Assembly (NCBI GenBank): GCA_949285455.1
Contig: CASDXP010000005.1
Location: 2,756-66,755 of the forward strand
From: an uncultured bacterium
Lineage (GTDB): Bacteria; Bacillota_I; Bacilli_A; RFN20; CAG-826
DNA: 64,000 bases
Direction of reading: 5' to 3'
Position 1 is the stretch's first letter. Every line of letters starts with the position of its first letter. Of the stretch, positions 1-10,111 are shown piece by piece. The notes beneath the pieces were generated by a model, which did not search any database, had not been told where the DNA came from, and worked only from the letters and a program-made list of their open reading frames with translations. Both the position numbers and the translations under genes were made by a program.

Positions 1-73
1 AGAAGCCTTTTTCTTTTTAAAAAATAAATTTGAAAAAAATGAACAAATAAGCGAAGCAATTATCTCTTTAGCC

Positions 74-835
74 ATGCAAGAAATTTTAGAGATAAAAAAC
101 CACGGGAATTTAATTTTAAAGTTCGATAAAAAAATTTCTCATTCTTCTTTAGAAGAAATAATCGATATTTTAAATGAGGTAAATAGTGGTAAACCCATTC
201 AATATGTATTAGGCCATGCCTCATTTTTAGGCCGTGAATTTTACGTTGACTCGAACGTTTTAATTCCTCGCCCTGAAACGGAAGAATTAGTGGACTTAAT
301 TATTAAAAAATATGCAAAGAATAAAAAGCCTCTTACTTTTGTCGATGTCGGTACTGGTAGTGGTGTTATTGCTATTTCTTTAGCGAAAAATTTAAAACAC
401 GCACGCGTGATCGCTATCGACGATGATGAAAAAACTCTACAAGTAGCGGTGCATAACACTTCGATGTTAGACGCAAATGTAGAATTTTATCTAGGTGATT
501 TATTAAATCCTCTAATGAAAAACGATATTAAAGTTGATGTTATAGTTGCAAATCTTCCCTACATCGAAAAGGAAGAAGATGTCGACCCCGTCGTTATTAA
601 TAACGAACCAAAGCATGCTTATTTAATTAAACCCGGTTACATTTTATATGAAAAACTTTTTCAACAAGTTAAAAAAGTCATGCAAGATGAATTAGATATC
701 TATCTAGAAATTCATCATAATCAAAAAGAAATAATGCATAAACTTTGCTTAGATAATTTAAATGCGACTACAATAGAAATTAAGAAAGATATGTCGGGTC
801 ACGATCGATTCGTCTTCATTCATTTATGCAAGTAG
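74..835 (+). CDS. prmC: Release-factor glutamine N5-methyltransferase (PrmC/HemK family AdoMet methyltransferase)
   Basis: 253-aa ORF. AdoMet motif I VDVGTGSGVIAI. NPPY-type substrate motif present as ANLPY (Pro->Leu variant). Start is near the window edge. 10-nt overlap with the next gene. Confidence 0.7.
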   Translation: MQEILEIKNHGNLILKFDKKISHSSLEEIIDILNEVNSGKPIQYVLGHASFLGREFYVDSNVLIPRPETEELVDLIIKKYAKNKKPLTFVDVGTGSGVIAISLAKNLKHARVIAIDDDEKTLQVAVHNTSMLDANVEFYLGDLLNPLMKNDIKVDVIVANLPYIEKEEDVDPVVINNEPKHAYLIKPGYILYEKLFQQVKKVMQDELDIYLEIHHNQKEIMHKLCLDNLNATTIEIKKDMSGHDRFVFIHLCK

Positions 836-1434
836 AACAATTTTTAAAACTAAAAGAAGCGTTATTTAAGCATCAAGTCATCGCCATTCCCACTGAAACA
901 GTATATGGCTTAGCTATTTTATATGATGATGAAATAGCGTTCGATACTTTAGTTAAAATAAAATTACGTCGCCCAGATAAACCTTTCACCTTGATGTTAG
1001 GCGATGTTAAAGATATTGAAAAGTTTGCTATTTTAAATGATTTAGCTAAAATTTTAATTAAACATTTCTTACCAGGCGAATTAACTTTATTACTGCAAGC
1101 TAGAAATGGCTTACCTTGGCAAGTAACATTAGGTACACCAAAGATTGGTATACGCGTAAGTGGAGATGAAACTTTAAGAAATTTTATTACCTACGTTTCT
1201 AAGCCTTTGCTCGTGCCAAGCGCGAACAAGGCTGATATGCCACCAGCGCTTAATGAAGAAGAAGTGAGACTTTATTTTAATGAAGACGAAGTCCAAGCAA
1301 TCGCTAGTGGAAAAATAGTATCAAAAACTCCTTCGACCATCGTCGATGTGAGTGATAATAAATTGAAAATTATTCGTCTTGGAACAATAAAAGAGACGGA
1401 AATTAAGGAGGTTTTAGCAAAATATGACAACTAA
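826..1434 (+). CDS. L-threonylcarbamoyladenylate synthase, Sua5/YciO/YrdC/YwlC family
   Basis: 202-aa ORF. YrdC-fold signatures (..IPTETVYGLA.., ..KPLLVPSANK..). Sits between prmC and rpiB, as in many Firmicutes/Mollicutes. Confidence 0.7.
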   Translation: MQVEQFLKLKEALFKHQVIAIPTETVYGLAILYDDEIAFDTLVKIKLRRPDKPFTLMLGDVKDIEKFAILNDLAKILIKHFLPGELTLLLQARNGLPWQVTLGTPKIGIRVSGDETLRNFITYVSKPLLVPSANKADMPPALNEEEVRLYFNEDEVQAIASGKIVSKTPSTIVDVSDNKLKIIRLGTIKETEIKEVLAKYDN

Positions 1435-1879
1435 AAAAGTATTTATCGCTTCTGATCACGCTGGTTTTGAAAAGAAAGAAATAGTGAAGAAAGCTCTCAT
1501 CCAAGAAGGCTTTAATATCGTTGATGTTGGAACTTACGATACTTCCTCTTGCGATTATCCTAACTTCGCTATTAAGTGTGCGGAAGAAGTAATTAAAAAT
1601 AAAAGTTTTGGTATCTTAATTTGTTCGAGCGGCGAAGGTATTATGATTGCTGCGAATAAAGTTAAGGGCATAAGAGCAGGCATCGGCTATAACGACGATG
1701 TCGCGGCTTTATTACGCGAACATAACGATGCGAACATGATATCTTTCGGCGCGAGTTTTATGCGCGAAGATGATATCATCCATCGCTCGATCATCTTCCT
1801 TACCACTGATTGTTTGGAAGGAAGACATCGTAGAAGAGTTGATTTAATTGAGACTTACGAAAAAGAACATATGAAATAA
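1424..1879 (+). CDS. rpiB: Ribose-5-phosphate isomerase B (RpiB/LacAB family)
   Basis: 151-aa ORF. N-terminus KVFIASDHAGFEKKE and the ..GIGYNDDVAALLREHNDANMISFGA.. region are typical of RpiB. 11-nt overlap with the upstream gene. Confidence 0.8.
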   Translation: MTTKKVFIASDHAGFEKKEIVKKALIQEGFNIVDVGTYDTSSCDYPNFAIKCAEEVIKNKSFGILICSSGEGIMIAANKVKGIRAGIGYNDDVAALLREHNDANMISFGASFMREDDIIHRSIIFLTTDCLEGRHRRRVDLIETYEKEHMK

Positions 1880-1890
1880 ATTTCACGTAT

Positions 1891-3042
1891 TTGTTATATG
1901 TGGACCGTTTTATTTGCCCCATCTGTGGGAATGATGACGAAACTTACTTTTTTAAACGTGGTGAAGTAATTTATTGCCGTCGTTGCATCTCTTTTCAAGG
2001 AGAATTAGCCTCACCTGATGCTTTTAATGTCGAAGAAGATGATGTTAGTCTAACTTACGCACTAAGTGCGGAACAAAAAGAGATTTCTTCACGATTTTTA
2101 AATTCGTTCAAAGCTCATAAAAACACTTTGATTCATGCCGTGTGTGGAGCGGGTAAAACAGAAATTGTTTATGAGACTATTTCCTATGCTTTACATAAGC
2201 ATATGCACGTCGGTTTCGCCACGCCTAGAAAAGATGTAGTCATCGAATTATTGCCTCGTTTTCAAGAAGCCTTTAAAAAGGCTAGAATCGTCGCTTTATA
2301 TGGTGGGCACACGAGTGAATTATATGGTGATATAATTTTGCTTACCACTCATCAACTGTTTCGTTATCACAACTACTTTGATTTACTTATTATCGACGAA
2401 GTAGATGCTTTTCCTTTCAAAGGAAATGAAACTTTAGAACACATTGCCTTAAATAGTGTCAAAGGTAATTATTGCTACATGTCTGCGACTCCTGATGAAA
2501 ATTTGATCTCTTCCTTTCAAAATGAGAATTCTACTTTTTTAGAATTATTTGTTAGATTTCATAAAAAAGCTATACCAGTACCCAAATTAGTGTGGGCTGT
2601 AGGAATTATTAAATATATCATTTTAATTTATAAATTAAAAAAATATCAAAAAAATCATTTGCCATGTCTTATCTTTTGCCCGACGATTGGGCTAAGTAAA
2701 AAACTTTATTCTTTTTTGAAGTGGTTTATTCCTCAAGGTACTTCTGTCTCTTCAAAAGATGAAGCAAGGATGCAAAAAGTACAAGATTTTAAAGATGGTA
2801 AATATATGTTTTTATGTACGACTTCTATCTTAGAAAGAGGTGTGACAATAAAAGATTTACAAGTCATCGTCTTCAACGCACATCATCCTTTATATAACAG
2901 ATACGCTTTAGTGCAAATCGCTGGAAGGGTAGGAAGAAAGATGGGGCATGAAAGAGGGGAGGTGATCTTTCTTGGACATAGAATTGATGAAGAAATGGTT
3001 CAAGCCAAAAAAGACATCGAAGCCGCGAACAAACATTTGTAG
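1891..3042 (+). CDS. comFA: ComFA-like DEAD/DEAH-box helicase with N-terminal Cys4 zinc finger (competence-type)
   Basis: 383-aa ORF. N-terminal CPICGN..CRRC zinc ribbon. Walker A CGAGKTE, DEAD-like IIDEVD, helicase C-terminal motif QIAGRVGRK. Confidence 0.6.
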   Translation: MLYVDRFICPICGNDDETYFFKRGEVIYCRRCISFQGELASPDAFNVEEDDVSLTYALSAEQKEISSRFLNSFKAHKNTLIHAVCGAGKTEIVYETISYALHKHMHVGFATPRKDVVIELLPRFQEAFKKARIVALYGGHTSELYGDIILLTTHQLFRYHNYFDLLIIDEVDAFPFKGNETLEHIALNSVKGNYCYMSATPDENLISSFQNENSTFLELFVRFHKKAIPVPKLVWAVGIIKYIILIYKLKKYQKNHLPCLIFCPTIGLSKKLYSFLKWFIPQGTSVSSKDEARMQKVQDFKDGKYMFLCTTSILERGVTIKDLQVIVFNAHHPLYNRYALVQIAGRVGRKMGHERGEVIFLGHRIDEEMVQAKKDIEAANKHL

Positions 3043-3637
3043 ATTGTGTTTAAAACCACTGAAACGTTATGGCTTAGTGATGAATTTAAAAGATGTGCAT
3101 GTGTGCCATCAATGCTACGCTAAATTTAAACCTATTTTTAAACATTTTAAATTTGAAAATTGTCACGCTTTAGCGATTTATGAATACGATGATTTTATTC
3201 GCTCATTAATTTATCAATACAAAACTAATTTAGATATTGCTTTAGGGCCAATATTTTTAGAGCGTTACCTCCATTTAAAATATTTTTATTTAGGTTACAA
3301 AGTCGCTTTAGCCCCATCGCATGTTTCGCACGATTTAGAAAGAGGCTTTCGCCCCGTAGAAGAAATGTTTAAAGCGCTAGGGCTGCCTCTAATTGATCCT
3401 TTTGAAAAGACGAGCCCAATTAAGCAAGTTGAATTGAACGTCGAAGAAAGAAAAAAAGTTAGTAAGCATATTAAATTAAAAAAAGATATCAATTTGAAAA
3501 ATCAAAAAATTTTGCTTGTCGATGATATTATGACGACCGGTTCCACTTTGAAAGCGATGGTGGAAATTTTAAAGGAAGAAAAAGTGAAAAAAATCAAAAT
3601 TTTAGTTGTAGCAAAAACTATGTTGAATGAAAAATAG
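2987..3637 (+). CDS. comFC: ComFC/ComF-family phosphoribosyltransferase-domain protein
   Basis: ORF 2972..3637. N-terminal CRLC..CHQC zinc finger. C-terminal PRTase motif ILLVDDIMTTGSTL. Start codon ambiguous (M at 2972 or 2987). Overlaps the comFA 3' end. Confidence 0.65.
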   Translation: MKKWFKPKKTSKPRTNICRLCLKPLKRYGLVMNLKDVHVCHQCYAKFKPIFKHFKFENCHALAIYEYDDFIRSLIYQYKTNLDIALGPIFLERYLHLKYFYLGYKVALAPSHVSHDLERGFRPVEEMFKALGLPLIDPFEKTSPIKQVELNVEERKKVSKHIKLKKDINLKNQKILLVDDIMTTGSTLKAMVEILKEEKVKKIKILVVAKTMLNEK

Positions 3638-3670
3638 GCATTTTGAGAACAGAACTTAACTTTTTTAATT

Positions 3671-3722
3671 TGAACTCGTGAAAATTTGTCGATATTTGAA
3701 AAATGAACTAGTGAAATTTTGT
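3671..3722. repeat. Imperfect 19-bp direct repeat TGAACTCGTGAAAATTTGT / TGAACTAGTGAAATTTTGT upstream of the DUF4143 ATPase gene
   Basis: Copies at 3671..3689 and 3704..3722 (16/19 identical), 44-95 nt upstream of the 3766 start. Confidence 0.45.
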
Positions 3723-3765
3723 AAGATTTTCTTTAAAAAATATGAAAATTAGATAAAATGGAGGT

Positions 3766-5124
3766 GTGAAAAAAATCGTGTTTCCAAGAAAAATTTACGC
3801 TAAGTTGAAGGAGTGGAAAGAAACTTCTAAGGGAAGAAGCGCTCTTTTGATTGAAGGGGCGAGGCGAGTTGGAAAAACATTCGTTGCCACAACTTTTGCT
3901 AAAAATGAATTTTATGAATATGCTCTTATCGACTTTTCTATTGTAGATGATAAATTTAAAAACATTTTTAACGATTTGTCTCATATTGAAAACTTCTTCA
4001 GAGATTTATTTTTAGCCTTAGATCGTAAGCCTTTGAAAAAGGGAAGTTTAATAATATTTGATGAAGTGCAATTTTGCCCAAAAGCTAGGCAGGCTATTAA
4101 GGCTCTCGTCGCGGATGCAAGATATTATTACATCGAAACTGGTTCACTAGTGTCCATCAAAGAAAACACTAGAGATATTTTGCTACCTTCTGAAGAAGAA
4201 GCGATACAAATGCATCCGCTTGATTATGAAGAATTTTTATTGGCAATTGATCAGACTTACGAATTAGAGATATTGAAGGAAGCATATAAAAATCACCAGC
4301 AAATTTCTAATAATTTACATCAAAAATTTATGAAAAATTATCGTTTATATCTTTCCGTCGGAGGGATGCCGCAAGCGGTATTAGCCTATCTTACCAGCAA
4401 GGATTTTTTCCTCGTCGAACGTATCAAATCAAATATCTTAAAACTTTACGAAGATGATTTAAAAAAGATTGATCAAACTTATGGGACTTTTTGTTATAGC
4501 ATCTATTCTCAAATTCCTACAATGCTAACAAAACATTCTTTCAAATTCAAAAATTGTTCAGTTTCATCACGAGTAGATTCCTATGTTTTTAAAAATAGTA
4601 TGAATAAATTAATTGAATCAAAAATTGTCATTCCAGTTTATCGTTGTTTAGATCCGCAAGGCGGTTTTCTACTTAGCAAGGATGATTCGAATTTTAAATT
4701 ATATTTGCTCGATGTAGGTTTATTTACTTCTTTAATTTACGCAAAGGGGCATAACAACCAAGATAGTATCTATCAAAAATTAATTTTAGACGATACGCAC
4801 TTAAATCTAGGAATGCTATATGAAAACGCTATCGCACAAACTCTCGTGGCTAATAATTTCATTCCTTATTACTATCTTTGGATCGATTTAAATGGCAACA
4901 ACACCCCGCATTATTACGAGTTAGATTTCCTTGTTCAAAAGGGTTATAAAATTGTTCCCATTGAAGTAAAATCAAGTCGTAGTTTTGCGATAAAATCTTT
5001 AGATTTATTTGAGAAAAAATATTCTAAAAATATCTTTCATCGTTACTGTATTTCGCCCAAACCAATTAAATATGAAAGTAGTTTAACTTACTTGCCTTTC
5101 TATTTAAGTTTTTGTTTAGAATGA
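3766..5124 (+). CDS. AAA+ ATPase with C-terminal DUF4143 / PD-(D/E)xK-like nuclease-fold domain
   Basis: 452-aa ORF. P-loop GARRVGKT, Walker B IIFDEVQ. C-terminal ELDFLV..IEVKSS is a D..ExK motif. GTG start sits very close to a GGAGG, so the exact start is uncertain. Paralogous to 50168..51463. Confidence 0.65.
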   Translation: MKKIVFPRKIYAKLKEWKETSKGRSALLIEGARRVGKTFVATTFAKNEFYEYALIDFSIVDDKFKNIFNDLSHIENFFRDLFLALDRKPLKKGSLIIFDEVQFCPKARQAIKALVADARYYYIETGSLVSIKENTRDILLPSEEEAIQMHPLDYEEFLLAIDQTYELEILKEAYKNHQQISNNLHQKFMKNYRLYLSVGGMPQAVLAYLTSKDFFLVERIKSNILKLYEDDLKKIDQTYGTFCYSIYSQIPTMLTKHSFKFKNCSVSSRVDSYVFKNSMNKLIESKIVIPVYRCLDPQGGFLLSKDDSNFKLYLLDVGLFTSLIYAKGHNNQDSIYQKLILDDTHLNLGMLYENAIAQTLVANNFIPYYYLWIDLNGNNTPHYYELDFLVQKGYKIVPIEVKSSRSFAIKSLDLFEKKYSKNIFHRYCISPKPIKYESSLTYLPFYLSFCLE

Positions 5125-5179
5125 TAAGATTTAAGACCTTGTTTTTAACTTTTACGTATTAATTATTTAGGAGGAACAT

Positions 5180-5506
5180 ATGGCTATTACAATCAACATT
5201 TATTACGAAGGTAAAAATAAAAGCGCACATAAGTTTGTCAAAGAAATGTATGCTTTAGGTTTAGTGGATAAGATAAGACGAGAAGAAGGCAATTTAAAAT
5301 ATGCTTATCATTTTTCTTTGGAAAATGATGAAGTCATTCTTCTCATCGATCAATGGTCCGATCAAGAAGCATTAGACAAACATCATCTTTCACCTATTAT
5401 GGAAGAAATTGCTAGATTAAGAGAAAAGTATGATTTAAAGATGAAAGTGGAAAGATACGTCGAGGATATAAGCGACGTTAACGATGAAAAATATATTCGT
5501 AAATGA
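5180..5506 (+). CDS. ABM (antibiotic-biosynthesis-monooxygenase-like) domain protein
   Basis: 108-aa ORF. Size and ferredoxin-like pattern (..LLIDQWSDQEALDKHHLSP..) match the ABM/ActVA-Orf6-like family. Confidence 0.5.
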   Translation: MAITINIYYEGKNKSAHKFVKEMYALGLVDKIRREEGNLKYAYHFSLENDEVILLIDQWSDQEALDKHHLSPIMEEIARLREKYDLKMKVERYVEDISDVNDEKYIRK

Positions 5507-5610
5507 ACCAGTTTACTTAAATAAATAGTATTATTAGTTTGTATTTGCTAATATAAATAAACGTAACACAAAATTAATAATAATTTTATAGATGAAAGAA
5601 GGTACATCCC

Positions 5611-8013
5611 ATGAGTGCAATTGAACGAATTCTTGGTTTCGATCGTAGGCGTATCAAACGTTATAGCAAGAAAGCTGATAAAGTTTTAGCTTACGAAGAA
5701 ACGATGAAAAATCTTAGCGATGAAGAACTTAAGGCTAAGACTCCTTATTTCAAAGAACAATTGAAAAATGGTAAAACTTTAGAAGATATCAAATACGAAG
5801 CTTTCGCTGTTGCAAGAGAAGCCGCAAGAAGAACATTAGGTCAATTTCCTTACAAAGTACAAGTCATGGGAGCGCTCGTGCTCCACGATGGTGATGTCGC
5901 GGAAATGAAAACTGGTGAAGGTAAAACTTTAACTGCAACGATGACGATTTATTTGAATGCTTTAAATGGCGAAGGGGCGCACGTCGTCACCGTCAACGAA
6001 TATTTAGCGAAACGTGATGCTGAATGGATGGGCCAAATTTATCGTTTCCTAGGCTTAAGCGTCGGCTGTAACTTACGCGAATTAACGCCTTCTGAAAAGA
6101 AGGAAGCTTACTTATGCGATATCACTTACACGACGAATTCAGAAGTTGGCTTCGATTACTTAAGAGATAATATGGTGCAAAACGCTGATAGGCGTGTTTT
6201 AAGAGGGCTAAAGTATGCTGTCATCGACGAAGCTGACTCCATTTTAATCGATGAAAGTAGAACCCCTCTCATCATCTCTGGTGGAGCCAAAGCTGCCCCA
6301 TCGCAATACACGGTCGCTGATCGATTTGTCAAAACTTTGAAAAAAGATAGGGATTTTACCATCGATATTAAATCTAAGACTTGTTCCTTAACTGATGCCG
6401 GTAACGATAAAGCTTGCCGTATGTTCGGAGTAAAAAATATTTACGATCCACAATACTCTGACCTAGTGCATAGAATTCATCAAGCTTTGAAAGCTAACTA
6501 CATCATGCAACGCGATGTTGAATATATGGTGGACGCCGATAATGAAATTCAACTTATCGATCAATTCACTGGTCGTATCCTAAAAGGAAGAGAATATTCT
6601 GATGGTTTACATCAAGCTATTCAAGCGAAAGAAAACGTTCAAATTAAGCAAGAGACGGTGACGATGGCCACTATCACCTATCAAAATTTCTTTAGATTAT
6701 ATAAAAAGTTGTCCGGTATGACTGGTACCGCTAAGACGGAAGAAGAAGAATTCCGTAAGATTTATAATATGCGCGTCGTCCAAATTCCACCTAACCTTCC
6801 AGTTAAACGTATCGACGCGGTCGATTATATGTACGTATCACATGATGCAAAACTTCGTGCTTTGATTAACGAAGTGAAAGAAAGACATGAGAAAGGTCAA
6901 CCAATCCTCATAGGTACAGTCTCGGTCGAATCGAGTGAAGAAGTTTCTAATTTGCTCGATAAGGCTGGTTTAAAACATGAGGTGTTAAATGCGAAAAATC
7001 ACGCAAGAGAAGCAGAAATTATTTCCCATGCTGGAGAAAAAGGCGCTATTACTCTTGCGACGAATATGGCAGGACGTGGTACTGACATTAAAATCGATGA
7101 CGAAGTTAAGAAATTAGGAGGCTTATGTGTCTTCGGTACAGAAAGACATGAATCGAGACGTATCGATAACCAGTTAAGAGGTCGAAGTGGACGTCAAGGT
7201 GATCCTGGTTTCTCTAGATTCTACACATCTTTAGATGACCAATTAATTGTTCGTTTCGGCGATGCCTTTTCAGAAAGATTACGTTCAGTCTTCAAAGGTA
7301 ATGAAGACGAACCGCTCGAAAGTAAGATGATGACTTCTATCACTACTTCCGCTCAAAAGCGTATCGAAGGACAAAACTTTGATATTCGTAAGAATTTACT
7401 CGATTACGATGACGTTTTAAGTAAACAAAGACAAGCAATTTACGATATTCGTGATCGTATCTTACTTGGTGGTAGCATCCAAGAAACACTACGTGAATTT
7501 TTCACTAATACTGGTCTATTCTTAGCAAAAAAATCTTTGATGCCTGATAATCCTCACCTCGTCTCCGGTGAATTACTTAAAAAGCAATGTGAACCGCGCT
7601 TCCTTCCTGACGGTAGCATCAAACCACAATTTTATGATGAAGCGCCTATTGAAGAAGTGGGGCAAGATTTAGGCGAAGCCTTATACGCTCGTTACCTTAA
7701 GCGTAAGGATGAATGGCCGAAGGAAATTGCTGATAAAGTAGAAAGAGAAATCGCTTTAATTTGTATCGATCGTAACTGGACGAAACATATCGATACGATG
7801 GCAAGACTACGTGACTCGATCGGTTTAAGAAGTTACGGCGGTACGAACCCATTACAAGCTTACGTCAACGAAGGTTATGACCATTACCGAGAAATGCTTG
7901 AAACCGCTTCGACGGATACAGTTTTAAATTTACTTAATGCCAAAATTAATTTAGAACCAAAACCGGAAGAAAAGAAAGAAGAAGAAAAATCTTCTAGTGA
8001 AGATAAGAAATAG
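5611..8013 (+). CDS. secA: Preprotein translocase ATPase SecA
   Basis: 800-aa ORF. Canonical SecA N-terminus MSAIERILG. Walker A KTGEGKTL. DEAD-like VIDEADSILIDE. Lys/Glu-rich C-terminal tail. Confidence 0.95.
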   Translation: MSAIERILGFDRRRIKRYSKKADKVLAYEETMKNLSDEELKAKTPYFKEQLKNGKTLEDIKYEAFAVAREAARRTLGQFPYKVQVMGALVLHDGDVAEMKTGEGKTLTATMTIYLNALNGEGAHVVTVNEYLAKRDAEWMGQIYRFLGLSVGCNLRELTPSEKKEAYLCDITYTTNSEVGFDYLRDNMVQNADRRVLRGLKYAVIDEADSILIDESRTPLIISGGAKAAPSQYTVADRFVKTLKKDRDFTIDIKSKTCSLTDAGNDKACRMFGVKNIYDPQYSDLVHRIHQALKANYIMQRDVEYMVDADNEIQLIDQFTGRILKGREYSDGLHQAIQAKENVQIKQETVTMATITYQNFFRLYKKLSGMTGTAKTEEEEFRKIYNMRVVQIPPNLPVKRIDAVDYMYVSHDAKLRALINEVKERHEKGQPILIGTVSVESSEEVSNLLDKAGLKHEVLNAKNHAREAEIISHAGEKGAITLATNMAGRGTDIKIDDEVKKLGGLCVFGTERHESRRIDNQLRGRSGRQGDPGFSRFYTSLDDQLIVRFGDAFSERLRSVFKGNEDEPLESKMMTSITTSAQKRIEGQNFDIRKNLLDYDDVLSKQRQAIYDIRDRILLGGSIQETLREFFTNTGLFLAKKSLMPDNPHLVSGELLKKQCEPRFLPDGSIKPQFYDEAPIEEVGQDLGEALYARYLKRKDEWPKEIADKVEREIALICIDRNWTKHIDTMARLRDSIGLRSYGGTNPLQAYVNEGYDHYREMLETASTDTVLNLLNAKINLEPKPEEKKEEEKSSSEDKK

Positions 8014-8016
8014 TTT

Positions 8017-9127
8017 ATGACAGATTTAAATACGATTAAGACATCATTAAGCGAAGACAAAACTATCATCCAAAAGTTAGGTGATTCACTTTGACCTGCC
8101 TAAATTAGAAGCACAAATTGAAGCATTAAATAAACAAGTGAATGACGATCATTTTTGGGATGACCGAAATGTGGCAGTGAAAGTCATCGATGAATTGAAT
8201 GAACTAAAAGATATCGTCGAAAACTATCATCAACTAATTGGGGATAGCGAGACGTTGAGCGATCTTTTATCATTAGTGGATGAAAATGATTTGTCTTTGA
8301 TGAATGAAATAGAAAAAGAATGGAAGAAATTTAAGAAAAATTATGATGAATTTCGTCTTAATATTTTATTTCAAGGTGAATATGATCATTTAAACGCTAT
8401 ATGTGAAATTCATCCTGGGGCCGGGGGAACTGAGTCACAGGATTGGGCGGATATGCTCTATCGTATGTATACAAGATATGCTGAAAAGCATCATTTTAAA
8501 GTCTCAATTTTAAATTATGAAGATGGGGATGAAGCTGGTATCAAATCAGTAACTTTCCGCGTGGAAGGTAAAAATGCCTACGGCTTATTAAAATGTGAAA
8601 AAGGGGTGCATCGTCTCGTAAGAATTTCTCCTTTTGATGCAAATAAAAGAAGACATACTTCTTTTGCTTCTTTTACTGCGACTCCAGAATTTAAAGGCGA
8701 CATCGATGTTAAAATCGATGAAAAAGATTTACGCATCGATACTTATCGTAGTGGTGGAGCGGGCGGTCAAAACGTCAATAAAGTAGAGACAGCTGTGCGT
8801 ATCACGCACTTACCGACTGGTATCGTTACCCAATGTCAAATTGAACGCAGCCAACTAGCGAATAAGGAATACGCGATGCGTATGCTCAAAGCTAAACTTT
8901 ACGAACGCGAACTAGAAATTAAGAAAAAGAATTTAAATGATATAATTGGAGATAAGAAAAATATCGAATGGGGAAGCCAGATTAGATCTTACGTCTTCTG
9001 TCCTTATACCTTAGTGAAAGATAATCGCACTGGTCATGAAGAAAGCGATGTCTACAAAGTGATGGATGGTGAGATTGATGGCTTTATTACCGCTATGTTA
9101 GAAAAGGAGGTAAAAGATCATGCTTAA
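8017..9127 (+). CDS. prfB: Peptide chain release factor 2, expressed via programmed +1 frameshift at CTT TGA C (8089..8095)
   Basis: Frame-0 ORF ATG 8017..TGA 8092 encodes [25 protein letters not shown]. The +1 frame continues DLPKLEAQ.. to 9127. It contains GGQ ([11 protein letters not shown]) and SPF (RISPFDANK) motifs. AGGTGA SD-like element lies just upstream of the slippery CUU. Confidence 0.85.
8089..8095 (+). other. Programmed +1 ribosomal frameshift site CTTTGAC of prfB
   Basis: Exact CUU UGA C heptamer in frame with the upstream 25-codon ORF, preceded by an internal SD-like AGGTGA. This is the classic RF2 autoregulatory site. Confidence 0.85.
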
Positions 9128-10109
9128 AAAGTATTTTGCTAACGCAAAAGCAGACATCTTAGATTTACTTCCTCGTTCTAAAAGAGATGCGAAAAGATTT
9201 ATCTTTCATATTTTACTTATTATCCTTGGTAGTTTTTTATTAGCGTTTGGAACGGTCATATTTTTAGAACCACTAAACATCGTCGCAGGTGGTTTAAGCG
9301 GTATTGCCATCATCTTCGCTCATTTCTTTGGTGAAGGTTGGTTCGACACGATTATTTTAATTGCTCAGTGGGTCTTATTTTTTATCGGTCTTATTTTCTT
9401 AGGTGTCAAATTTTCTTTCAATACCCTAGTGGCCACGATCGTTTATCCTTTAGCTTTGATGCTTTTTTATCGCGTACCGTGGTTCGATGAAAATCTCATC
9501 AGTCAAATCGTACCTGATCCTGCTTTAGCCGATACCGGCACGATTATTTTATGCGGTCTATTTGGTGGAGTTTTCGTCGGAGCAGGATGCGCTTTAACTT
9601 TCTTAGGCAATGGTACGACTGGCGGGGTCGACATTCTTGCCTTCATCGCAAGAAAATATTTACGTATTCGTCAATCTATCGCTTCTTTTGTTATCGATGC
9701 GACAATTATTATTTTTGGGATGTTTCTTATTCCTAACAACCTTGTTCAAGGCCTCGTCGGTGTCATTTCAGCCTTCGTCACGGCTTTGATGATCGAAATT
9801 ATCTATATTAAAGTGATGCACACTTCTTTAATTGCAGAAATTATTTCAACAGAATGGGAAGCGATTAATCGCTTCTTACAAGATGAAGTGGGCAGAGGTA
9901 CGACTATCGTCATCATCAAAGGCGGTTATAAGCAAGTTGAACATACGATGATTAAAGTCGTCTTTTCAAGACGTGAATACGCCCAAATTAAAGAAGGTAT
10001 CGCTCGTATTGATCCTTTTGCTTTCGTCACTTACACATCATCTGAAGCAGTTTATGGTGAAGGTTTTCAAGACCATTCTAAACGTAAAAAAGATAAAAGG
10101 AAAAAATAA
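9120..10109 (+). CDS. YitT-family membrane protein (DUF161 transmembrane region + C-terminal DUF2179)
   Basis: 329-aa ORF with multiple hydrophobic helices and a soluble C-terminal domain (..[16 protein letters not shown]..). 8-nt overlap with prfB. Confidence 0.7.
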   Translation: MLKKYFANAKADILDLLPRSKRDAKRFIFHILLIILGSFLLAFGTVIFLEPLNIVAGGLSGIAIIFAHFFGEGWFDTIILIAQWVLFFIGLIFLGVKFSFNTLVATIVYPLALMLFYRVPWFDENLISQIVPDPALADTGTIILCGLFGGVFVGAGCALTFLGNGTTGGVDILAFIARKYLRIRQSIASFVIDATIIIFGMFLIPNNLVQGLVGVISAFVTALMIEIIYIKVMHTSLIAEIISTEWEAINRFLQDEVGRGTTIVIIKGGYKQVEHTMIKVVFSRREYAQIKEGIARIDPFAFVTYTSSEAVYGEGFQDHSKRKKDKRKK

Positions 10110-10111
10110 AG

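Noticed and set aside
241-459. Antisense or alternative-frame short ORFs nested inside well-supported genes. Examples: 241..459, 6156..6362, 7884..8069, 9551..9736, 10552..10864, 11098..11301, 11717..11911, 23028..23399, 23706..24344, 31940..32194, 34976..35188, 39576..39980, 42435..42716, 45049..45486, 59948..60217, 61317..61756, 62161..62424.
   Set aside because: All lie fully within, and mostly antisense to, long ORFs that have clear conserved motifs. Their products are low-complexity translations of AT-rich DNA. No RBS or start-codon context supports them.
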